Source: Klebsormidium nitens (taxonomy: Eukaryota > Plantae > Klebsormidiophyceae). Taken from it: a stretch of 64,000 nt of DNA. Location of the stretch: positions 2,731-66,730 of the forward strand of contig DF237455.1 in the NCBI GenBank assembly GCA_000708835.1. Reading direction: 5' to 3'. The notes under the pieces are model-generated. The model had not been told where the DNA came from and searched no databases. It saw only the letters and a program-made list of their open reading frames with translations. Position 1 is the first letter of the stretch; each line of letters starts with the position of its first letter. Positions 23,727 to 35,700 of the stretch are shown here, one piece after another. The translations under genes were made by a program, and so were the position numbers.

Positions 23727-26700
23727 ATGGATTCAGCAGAGACGGTCGTCAGCGAGACCTCCAAACCGGAGGTCGCCATCCTCTTTTTTGGGGTGGCGCT
23801 CATTCTTGGGGCGCTGTGCAAACAGGTGTTTGCGCGCACGCCGGTTCCGTACACCGTTGCTCTGCTGATGATCGGCATTATATTGGGAGCCCTTGGTGAG
23901 CAGCCATTTACAGCTTCTTACATCTCCTCTTCATGGGAGGCGTAACTCTGTCACGTTGGCATATATTTGAGGGGCGGGCTCAAAGCATAGGCCTTTCTGG
24001 GATTGGTTCATGCTGGGAATCTGTCAGAACTGCATCCAAGCAGAATGCACTCTGGATTTCTGGGCTTGATTGGCTTTCCTGCAAGGTGCAGAGATTGCAA
24101 GAAGGTGCCAATGAAAAGACAAATGCAATGGCCCATACTTTTCAGCTAAGAGTAGGAGGATTTCATTTCGACTTGCCAATCATTTCGGTTCAGTGCTTTC
24201 GCTGTTGCTTTTTGTCTGCTGAAAAATGCTAAGATGATGTCACCAACCTGACTGCCTACCGTAAATTTTGGTGGCTCAAACAAAGAAAGGCATGTCCTTG
24301 CCTTGCATGAGAAGGGAAAATCCAACTCTTGAAGGTTAGTGACGACTGTGGGGTTTCTGAAACAAACATCTGAAAGGTGACACGTCAAGGAAAGGGGCAC
24401 TTTGCCTGTCGCTTTGCAGGGATCAGTTTTGAAAAGAAAATTCCTGATGAAGCCCACATGACATAGGATGCTGAAAGACTCCTGCGTTGCATGCTGTATT
24501 CTGAAAATCAACCTGGTTTCCTAGAAACTCAAACCCAGTTCTGTGTTATGGCGCAGATCAAAAGCTACACAACGGCCTGCGCACGCTGGGAGAGAGTATC
24601 CAGATATGTAAGTCGTAAGGTTGATGACCTGCCATGAAGCTTTGCATTGCTTTTCTCGTAATTGGTTCTGCGCATGGCCGGCAATGATCTGCGCATTTCA
24701 TTGATGGGATGCCTCCCACATATGCTCCACATGTATTGGAAAATGAAGTTGCCATAGACACTCGGGCCCCTCCCCAAAAGCTGCTGCAGTGTTTCTAGGC
24801 TTGTTTCCAATCCTTTGCACTGTTTTTCCTTACATTTAGGCCCAGTCTCATTACGTTGACACAACTCTCCTGTGACCTACAATTTTTGTCGCCTTACTGC
24901 CACCACTCTCCTGTCTCATCTCATCAACTCTCGAAGAAATGATTCCTACTTACTCAAAAGCTATAGAAGGCCAAGGGAAGCGCGCTTAATTGCCAACGTT
25001 GTCTCGGCCCTTTCATCCATTCTCCATTTCAAGAAGCGCGTCGCTGCTTGAATAGTTTTCTCATTGGTCTACCCGCGTTCTTGTGCAGGGGCCAATATCG
25101 AGCCTGGTCTGATCCTGTTCATCTTTCTTCCGGCGCTCCTCTTTGAGAGCTCAATGTCTATGGAGATTCATCAAGTCAGGGTGAGCAAAAGTCGGCATCA
25201 AGGAGGGTGCAAGGATTGGCTAAAGCAGACAAAGTAGGCTAGATGGAGGTTGTGGACTGTCGAACAAAAAGAGGGGGCCAAGTCGAGTCAAGGCTTGCAG
25301 AGTGCCACAGAATTTCTCCAAATAAAAGCAAGCTTGAAATTGCTCAGTAGCGGGAGGAGTCTGGAGTAATTTGAGGGCTCCACCGGTTGCTGTGCGGAGA
25401 TCTGGTATACGCGCCAGTTTTGCAAAGCTAGGTGATCTGCAGAAAGGACCTCGTAGCGGGTAGCTGGCAGGAGGTCTTTCACTAACCTCACCCTCCAATG
25501 TGACCACGGATCTCAACCGCCTGGATGCCTTTCATGTCTTGTCGTACCTTGAGTTGCAAAAACAGCAAAACTTAAGTGCGAATCTAGTTGCTTCCTCTGA
25601 ATTTTCACATTAGCAATCTCCAAACCATCTGCAGCTATCAAGCTTTGTAACTTTGAGAATGTAAGTCGAACTTTACGTGACTGATCTTGTAAGCACCCTT
25701 TCGAATCATGACGCGATGTGCACGGCTGCAGAAATGCCTGTTGCAAATGTCGCTGCTCGCCGGACCCGGGGTGCTTGTCAACACCGTCCTCTTGGGGGCT
25801 GCTCTCAAGGTGAGGACCCCTCGAGGCTCATAGAGTAGTCAACGAGGCGGCTGAATTTGACATTGACCTTTCTCTCAGGATGGGTATGCTCATAGTCTTT
25901 TGGACCCAATCCTTCCCCAGAATGCTCTCACTTGAGGTCTTGCTGGTTTATGCCTCAACAAATAATCTCTCTATCTCTCTATCTCTAGCCAGGCTGTTTC
26001 CGAAACCGTCAACATCTATCTTTACCGCCGCAAAGAGAGACTTTTTGGTCCAGGAAAGCTTCCATCGTATTTGTTTGATCTACTTTTGCCCTTATTTTCA
26101 ACCCAACCATCCCTGTTTTGCAGTAGATTTTTCCCTACTCGTGGCACTTGAGCCTGTCTCAACAACTGTGAACTTTACAGCTGTTGTAAGTGTTTTGGGT
26201 TATTTGGCAGTTGAACCAACCAACAAATCTTTAGCAGTACGCTTTTCCCCTACTCGTGGAGCTGGAGCCTGTCCCTCTCACATACAAAAGTAACCGTTAG
26301 TTCCATCGAGATTTGGTCGACTTTGATCTTCCGGTTTGACTAACCAACAAACGTTTTGCAGTACGCGTTTCCCTACTCGTGGAGCTGGAGCCTGTCCCTC
26401 ACCCTGGGCGGCCTTCTGAGCGCCACCGATCCGGTGGCTGTGGTTGCTCTCCTAAAAGAACTAGGCGCGAGCAAGAAACTTAATACCATCATCGAGGGAG
26501 AGTCGCTCATGAACGACGGGTGGGTCGCATATCCGAGTGTCACATATACAGCTTCTGCCGACCATCCTGCCAGCTTTAATGTCGATTAGATTAGACTAAT
26601 TTCAGTCAGCAGCAGACTGACTAACTTGCACTGACTTTCCCACGGGAATTGGCAGGATGGTCGGGAGAAGCTGCACCTGATCTCCGCGTGTTTGATGTTC

Positions 26701-29700
26701 GATCAGTCAGGAGAAGGTATGTGTCAAGAAGAGTTGAAAACGAAAAAAGGCTTCCATCCAAAGGCGGCTTGAGTTGCACCACGAGCGAATTTGTTTGGGA
26801 TCCTGAGCGGTTTGCGTTTCCCAAGCTCGCAGCTTTTGGGTGGGTAGCGGAATTCCATATCTTTTCTGCGGACATCTAGACCATTCTCGTGTTGGAATCT
26901 TGAGTAAGGATGGCGAACGCTCTGAATGGTCGTGCTTATGGTGCTTGAACATAGTCTGTCACCTTCTTTTGCATCTTTGTGTTTGAAGCTCTTCTTTATC
27001 TGGTTATATATGGAAACTTTATGAAAGTCTTGTGCAGAACCGGCATTGTCGTCTTCCGCCTCTTCTACCGGATCGTCTTTGGCAGCAAGTTCAACTTTCT
27101 GAACACGATCGTCTACTTCCTGCGGGTCTCTTTTGGCGGGTAAGGGGACAACGCTCATGTATGTTTGTCCCGCATGCTGTTGCGAAGTAATACGATTTCC
27201 CAGGAGCCAAAAGCCTTGGATTGCGCACGACTTTTGCAACGACACGCTTTCATGAACTATTGATTAGCTCTCGCTAGATTCCCTTGTATCACTCTCTTGA
27301 TTGTCTTCTTTCGATGCCTTCCGAACCCTCTACTGTGGCGGTTCCTGTTCCGCGAGTAAGTGATGAGAAGCACCAAACGTCGCTGGGAAGCAGCATCTCG
27401 ATTTCGTATGCGTTCCATCACATTCAAGCACTTTGAATTCCATGATTTGCTTTATAGACTTGTCTGAAAAGTATCCTTGAAGGTTTACGCACCCAATCAG
27501 GATTACCGCCCGTGTCGAACAAATGTCGTCTAACGACACGCTCTTCTTCGAATCTCTTTTGAAAATGAATGCCAATCTGAGTCTGAAATCTGCATCAAAG
27601 AGCGGTTCTTTCTAATCGTATCACAATTGATGCCTTTGAAAACTACAAAACTCTTGTCCTGCAGGGTAGCGATGGGCATTGGGTTCGGCCTGGCCGCCAT
27701 TTTCTGGCTGGGGTTCGTTTTCAACGACACGCTCATCGAGATCACGATCACCCTCTCGGCGGCTTACATGGTCTACTTCGTCGTGAGTGTCTCATCGCTT
27801 TTGCTGAATCAGAAAAGAAATGCTCCTGTGGCAGTACGTTTCCAAATGATGAAACATAGACTACCTCAAAAGTGTCCAAGTAAGAACGAAGGAAACTCTG
27901 TCCTGACCGCACTCGGGGGCTTGAGCCCTGCAACATGTGAAAACACAAACTGTTTAGTCTCTCGCCAGCAACAATTCCTAGCCCCGACCTGGTGTTAGTG
28001 AGCCGAATTATCGGCCACAATGTCTCTTCTGATCATTCTGTGCTCGTCCTCGCACTTCATCCGGCAGAGCAGTGTCCTTCCGAAGCCTTGCAACAAGCTT
28101 GTGAATCGCCCAAAGCAGCATCAAAGAAGCGTCGTCTGAGAGTACGTTACAAACGGCTGCGACAGTGCTGACCCAAGTTTAGACCTCGTGACGTCAGCGC
28201 ATCTGCTTATTCCTCGTACGTTTCTCTGCGTACAGTCCGAAGAGAAGGCGGCCGTGTCTGGCGTCATTGGCGTCATGTTTCTCGGAGTGTGAGTACCTTC
28301 TTCTTTTCGACTTTACAGAACCCAGTCCCTGGATTATCGCTGTCATGCAATCAGACCGTTTGGTAGCACCACGATCTACAATGGCGCGGGAGAGACTGCA
28401 AAGTCCCTCCCCTTATTCTATTGCGTCTTGCAGTTGATAAGTACATCAGTTGAACGTAGCACGAGACCTGTTTTCGTCTTCATTGGTGCCACGGACTGGG
28501 TGGAATTTGTAGGAAACGCTTATAGGTTGCACCCTAAAGCCCCTTCTCAGGAAGACACCAATTGCAACGTCTTCGCGTGGAGCTTCGTCATGCGTGATAA
28601 CGAACGTCTGCTAACGAATCGCAGATCTGACGCCTTTTGAGACAGGCCTGTACAGTCTTCTTTGCAACAGACTGAATCAAACCACGACGTCTGGTCGAGC
28701 TGAAGGGATCTTCTTTGTCGTCCTTGGCAGCTTCTTCGCCGCTTTTGGCAACACGGCGTTCACGGGGGAGAACAAGAAGAGCCTGCACTACTTCTGGGAG
28801 ATGGTCGGCTACATGGCCAACACTCTCATCTTCATTCTGGCGTAGGTCGCGCTAACAAAAACACATTTCAATGAACATCGCTTTTCCGGTTCTTCTTGGT
28901 TCTGGCGTAGGTCGCGCAGCTTAGAAGCAAAACTCAACGAACACCGCTTTTCCGGTTCTTCTTGGAAGCTTGCCCTTCAGGAAGTTGTTCGTGCTTCTTG
29001 CACCAACTAGACATGGGACACAGTTTGTTCGCTCAATAATGGAGCCTGGAAGGGCCTGAAACTGTGTGGTTGGACAGTGTTGGTTCAGTCTTCAAGAAGG
29101 AGCGGCGCTTGCCCTGAAACCCTAACTTCCTGTCAGCTGCTCTAGATCCAGCCACTCTGTGCCTCCTCTCTAGTTTGCAAAGAACTAAAGGCTGAGGAGT
29201 GCGCAAAGGACTGAAGAGGGACGTGCTTGCTTCGTCCTCGAGTTGGACCATATCTAAGCGAGCCGGATATACAAATGTCGGTATCCATTTCTCTTTCATC
29301 GCTTGGTTTACTTTAAGCGCCTTCGATCACTTTCCTACTTAGCTCTCTTTTTCAATCCACTCCTTCCAAGATCTTCTGACCAGCAACAATGCGCCGGCGT
29401 GCGCGCGTGCAGCGGCGTCATCATTGCTGAGGTCATCCTGCGCAATACGGGGAGCATCGACGCGCGCGACTGGGCGTACCTGCTCGTGCTGTACGTCTTC
29501 GTCCAATTAGCCCGGGTTGTCGTCGTCGGGTTATCCTACCCGCTCCTCAAGTACCTGGGTTACGGGATCGACTGGAAAGAGGTTTGCACCCAGTTTCGTC
29601 TATCACCGAGGATTCAGCAGTCTTTTCGGGGTCCGTACATTCAATAGGACGTTCACGTGCAGTCAGAGCGGGGTCAAGGAGGATCAGTATATTTTGGGAC

Positions 29701-32700
29701 CGGGGTTGGGGACACTATTGGAACGGATGACGTGGCGAGGTTTAGTCACGAAACCCTGGGCTAGGCTCCCTCTGGGCAAACAAAGAGCGGAAAGAGCCCG
29801 GTCATGTCGTCCCTTTCAACAGCGTCCCCAACCCCGGTCCCAAAACTACTGATTCCCCTTGACCCCGCTCAGTCAGCACCCTGTTCAGTTTAACTGATTG
29901 AATGGGAAAATGTTCGAGCGCTCCGAATCAGATTGACGAATCTCGGAAATTGGTCACTACCGTGAACTAAGTGGCCGTGAGATAACGACCACCGAGAAAG
30001 GAAGCCTGTAAACTACGGGACGGCCTTCAGTATTGAGATTGATTGCAGTTTGCTCAGTTCGGGTTATCAGATGGTTAAGAAGTGCCACGTGGCGGTATGC
30101 GTGCTCGAAAAGCCAATCGTTTTGGGTCCAGCGGTTGCTCTACGCCCGATACGACCTGTCCTACTTGTCGTCACCGGCCATTCGGCCAATAAAAGTAGCT
30201 GACGTGTGCCATGTCGGCCGAGTGGACCACTCATCGTCCGGTACAAACCTTGCCACCGCTATGCTTTAAGCCTCTTACTGTACTATGTTAGCGCTCGCGC
30301 ATTCTCCCGGTGCCTTTCAATTTGTATAAGAGTCTGCGTCCATTCTGACCGAACTTGTACGACGTAACGAAAAGTCTCTGATCGCCGATGCGAAAACTGT
30401 GCAGGCAACGGTGATGACGTGGGCAGGATTACGTGGCGCCGTGGCGCTTACTCTTGCTTTGACTGTGGAGGTAAGCCCCGACACATGTTGTGAAAACATC
30501 CTATACTCGAAAATATTGGGTTTCGCGACCACTTTGCGGTTGGTTTCGACTTGCGAAGTTTCATGAGGGATGAATGCTTCCTTCCTTCGTTGAGGACCAA
30601 CTATTAAACTGTAAGTCGTGAGACGCAAGTGCATTCCCGGGTCCATTTCAGGAGAACCTTTTTTCATGGTCCTCCCTCTCCGCTGTGCACTGTTTATAAA
30701 TGCGGAATGACTTATTGCGGAAGCATTCCGCCGGAACCAGGCATCCTTCTGCTTTCAATGAAGACAACACGGACTGCAAACCTTCGTCGTTGGTTCTAAC
30801 AAGCTCTTTCGCGGGCTACTTCAGAGAGACCAGGAATCTCACATCGACGCAAACGGAGTCGACCACTCCGTCTCGCCGAAGAACCGCGCCAGAGTGAGTG
30901 CTTCCAGCACTTTCCGGATGCTTACCATACTCCTGAAGCCTGCTTTTCAGCTGCAGGGTTCTCTTGCAAAGTTTACGGTTTCCTGTAGCTTCTTGCAAAT
31001 AATCAAGGCGTCCACTGTTAAGACCGCGAAGAGTGAGGGGTTGGGGTATTCCGCCGGTTCGTTCAGGACGGACCACGGTGACCTGAACGCATGCTTTGAT
31101 CGTGCAGTTTATGTACAAAAGCGGTTCAATCATCCTGTTCTCGCGGATTCGACAGCTGTCACAAATCAGCTGTTTTCGCGACGTCTAGATTGTAATCTGC
31201 TGATGCAGAGGGAGTCACTTCACCTCGTTTTGCGGATGCTAACCTGTAATAATGGGTGCAGTTTGTGTTCCTGACCGGCGGAGTGGTTTTCTTAACCCTG
31301 GTCGTCAACGGCAGCACGACCAAGCGGCTGCTCAGCTTCCTGGGCATGGATCGTCTGTCCGAATCCAAGGTGGGGTCAATGCCGTCCGCTCCGTCCGGAA
31401 TCGCGCAGACGAATCGCGACCTGCAGAAAAAATTGAACGGTGCACAAGAAGTAGAAGGAGCCAAGAAGAGTCGCACATGATCATGATTAAGAAACGAGCG
31501 ATCGTTGAGAAATAAGCGAAGTCGAGGGGAATCGTGGAGATTGAAGGAAGGCTGAGGGGAAAGGCGACCACCAATCTTATGAACGGAAGACAGCAGGAGC
31601 GCCAAGAGAAAGAAGGAGACTGGTGGGTAAAACGAGCTGACATGTGACCATCAATCAAACAGATCAGAGGGAGAAAAGTGCCAAGAGAACACCCAATCAT
31701 ACAAGAAAGCATTTTTGGTGCAGATGCGCATCCTGGAGTGCGCGCAGGAGGAGATGCGCGGCCGCGCGCTGCAGGCGTACGTGGAGGTGGGCGAGGACGA
31801 CGAGGAGCTGGGCCCCGCGCACTGGCCGTCCGTCCAAAAGTTCGTCGCGTACCTTAGGTGAGACAAGTCATATCGTCGCGAAACAGGGCCTCTCACTTCG
31901 TCCGGGTGTCCTGTCTAACTTGAAACGCCTCTTTCCTCTTGAACAACTGTGCTTCGAAAAGAGCGACAAGATTCACCCGAGGGGCTGGGCCCCGCGCATT
32001 GGACGTCCGTCCAACAGTACTTCAAATCGGCACACCGCTGGCGAACAGGGTTTGGAGTGTTTTAGCAGGCAGAATCCGCCTCTTTCATCGTCAGTGGCTA
32101 GATTTGGGAGAAACGGTGAAGGTGGAGCAAAAGCTGGTTCCGCCCAGTGGCCCACCGCCCAAAACTTCGTCGCGTACCTCAGGGTTTTGGGGTTTCAGGG
32201 GTTTAGGGTTCTAGGGTTTTGAGGTTTGAGGGTTTAAGTGAGAATCGGCACCTCGCAGCCGAACAGGGCCTCCAATCTGGCAATCAAGAGCTTTGGCCTG
32301 AGGCAACGCCACGGATTGTTTTACTAAGCAGGCGGCAATCAGAAACGAGGAACTGGCTCCAGCGCACTGGCCCTACTTGTAGGCTCTAATGAGCCAGACC
32401 GCCGCCGAACAGGCTTTTCTTCTAATCCCGGTTTGTTGTTGGTCGCTCACCTTTGACGTTCGCCTGTTCAAGCGACTGGGCTTCCAAAAGAGCGACAACG
32501 GTATCAAAGGATTTGGGTTCCAGGCACTGCTCGGGCCCCTTAACCACGTCCCCAAGATGTTTTCGACAGTATTCGATAGATCCCGTAAAGGCGGGGAGTA
32601 TGGTACAACGTCGATTTCCGTAATGTTCGCACATAGTGAATCGCAGACTGGCCGTGCAACATCTTGGGTGCGAATTCAAGCTGCCCGAGCTGGCCGTCCG

Positions 32701-35700
32701 TCCAAATCTCTGTAACTACTTCCACTGGATTCTGCAGCCCACCGCCGAACAGGGCCTCTCTTTTCGCGGGAACTCTGCTTGACAAAGCCGTTATTCTTCT
32801 GTTTCGACAAGGCTGGTGTCGCTTGTTCGGAATCCACAGGTAGTACCACAAGAATCGCACTCTCTTGATACAAGATAAACTGCGTTAACGCGGCCTCGTT
32901 GCATCGATCTTCAGGAAGGGAGAAACAGCGGGGACGACCGATCCGTTCGGCGCGACAATCAGCGACGAAACGAACGAGATGTATGCCATGCGGATGAGAG
33001 ACGCGCGCGTCCGTTTCCTGCGAGGTACGCACAAACCCCCACAACTTTCATATATTTCGTACGAGCTCGCGCGCCTTGCGATTGAGGTGAGGTCCTTTGC
33101 AAAACACAGAAAGAGCGGCTGGTGGTCGAAGCCAGGTTGAAAATGGCATGCGACAGCGGTCTATTTTCTTGGGCCTGAGGAGGCACCACATGCTGGACGA
33201 GTAGGGTGAAAGCCCCAGCAATAAGGTTCCTACGCCTTGTCTGCTCTCGTGGGGCCATGAACTCTTCCGCCCACTTCCTAAAATGTAGTTTGAGCTGTTA
33301 ATACGTCCGAGCTTATGCGAAGTCTGGCTCCGCCTCATTGGATAGCTCTTGGCTCCGAACCCAAGAGCTCCAAACCTGCACAAAAGAGTATCGGGTGCAA
33401 TGGCGTAAGTTAGAACTAATCGACAAGCATGACGCTTTCTGCCGCCGACCCACCGTAACTCCCATGCTTAACCCCCCGGTCCCCCGGGCGTGTCTTGCAA
33501 GTATTAGTTCCGTTTATTGAATGAATTTTGCTCGGCGTATTAGGATCTTCTACACAGGAACTAATCTCAAAAGCCGAGACTCCTTGGAGCAAATAAGAAG
33601 CTTTCGAAACGTTGCAGGGGTGCAAGCCGCGTATTGGGACCTGCTCGACCAGGACCGTCTTTCTCAAGTCGAGACCCGCATCCTCATCGAGTCCGTCGAC
33701 TGCGGTCTCGACGACGAAGACGCTCTCGGCGATTGGGACGAGCTCCGCCCGTATGTACGCGTCCCCCCTTGGCTGCGCTTCCTGCAGTCGATCCGCCGCA
33801 ATAACCCGTACGTTAACGCGCTCGTCAATCGGCTGGTTGTTTGCAGTTTGGAGCGCGCGTGCGCGCTCGCGGCGGGGTACCTGCGCGCGCACCACACGGC
33901 CAGGTGGGGGCTCTATGTCTCAGTCATTGCTTTTCTTTGCTGGTATAGGAGTCACTTACCATTTTTGGACACAAGGGCCCCGTTTGAAAAACATGCGAGG
34001 TGCCGGGAGTTATCAATGACTACTCATTTGTCAATGCTTTTACAATCACTTCATCTTGCAGGTTTTACAGAAATCTCATCGTTCGAAAGATTGCTAAACG
34101 GGTGGGTTTACTTGGGGGTTTAGGGTGAGTACGATGCAAGGCAAATAACGTTGACGGTTCAGGTTCGGGTGTTCGGTGAGGAGCTTTACTCCAAATGCTT
34201 GTTATTTCAGAATGGAAAATGGTATCCAAGCTCTTGTTTTGGCCCTCTTCTGCAGGAACCAGCTGCAAGAGTTTTTGCGCGACGACTCGTTAACGAACGC
34301 GGTCATCAAGGAGAGCCTGCGGGACGAGAAAGAAGCGCGCGCGTTCCTGGAGGAGGTCGCGCAGACCTTCCCCCAGGTGCTGACGTCAGTCAAGACGCGC
34401 CAGGTGGCATTCCACGTGCTCGGTGACGTAAGCACCACCCTCATCACAGCTGTCCTTATCTTTGGCTTGCAGATGGAACTTTTGGGAAGAGCGTACATCT
34501 CAATACGCTTTCGAAAGCGAATCGCTTCGTTGTGTGAACCGCACGTTTGGAAGGAACTTTAAAAAGTTGAAAGTGTTCAAAGTACGCAAGAGCGAACCTT
34601 AGAAGGGCATCTGTTGCAAAAGGACAATTTCTGGGGACTGCAGTGCAAGCTGTGATAATCAGAGTTTCGGTCCAGCCGAGAATGAAGGGTCAACCAGTGG
34701 ATGAGGGTCGAGAGCATCCCAGGCAAGTCTTGATCGTGGATCTCTCAGAACATCCTTTTGTGATCACCTCCACAGAGTAGGCGCGCAATCAGCCCAGCAG
34801 CGGGTGTCTCAATGTCAAGACCTGATAAAGTCAACAAGTTTTCCCCAGCTCCAATCCTACATTGGACCATTTGACACCAAACGAAATTCGAAACGCCGGA
34901 ATTCGAAAGCTTTGGATCGACAATATAATAGCCCCTATTCGTTGACTCCAAACCCTGATCCCCAAAGTCCTTCTCTCCAGCTCCAATCCCACATCGAGGC
35001 CCTGGACCATTCAGTGTCATCAACATTAAGGAAATCTGAACCTCTAAGCCTTGCAACGCAGCAGAGCCTAAATTCTCAGGTCCTAGGTCCCTGAATCCCC
35101 AAACCCCTTGAGCCCTAAGCCTCTAGTGGAGGCCCTAAACTCTTCAAATTACTCTCGCCCAGCTTCAAACCTTCATCGAGGCCTTGATCGTTCCGGCCGG
35201 ATCAACGCCAAGGAAACCCTAAATGTCTACGACATTGATTTCTTGAATTCTTCAAACTTATGAAGCCCTCAAAATTTCTTCCCCAGCTCCAATCCTACAT
35301 CGAGGCTTTGGACCATTCCGGTCTCATCGACACCAAGGAGATCGGGCATCTGCACGACACCGTCCGGCTCGACCTCAAGAAGCTCAAGCGCGCGCCGCTC
35401 CTTATCCGCCCAAAGCAGTCGATGGGTCTCCTGCGGAACACCCCCCTGGGGAGCCACGTGCCCGTGCAGTTTGAAAACATGGTCCGGCGGGACGGGAAGG
35501 AGCGGACGTTCCTGAAAGGCGCGCCGATCTATCGGGAGGGGTCCGCGACACCGGTCGGGGGGGGGGAAGTGCACATCGTCGGAAAGCGGGCTGGCTAAGG
35601 TGAGCTTTCAGGGTTTGAGAGCGGGTTAAAGATCAGGGTTACGGGGTTTCAAAGATTCAAAAAGTACGCCCACGTTCCTTAAGAAAGCGCCGATCTATCG

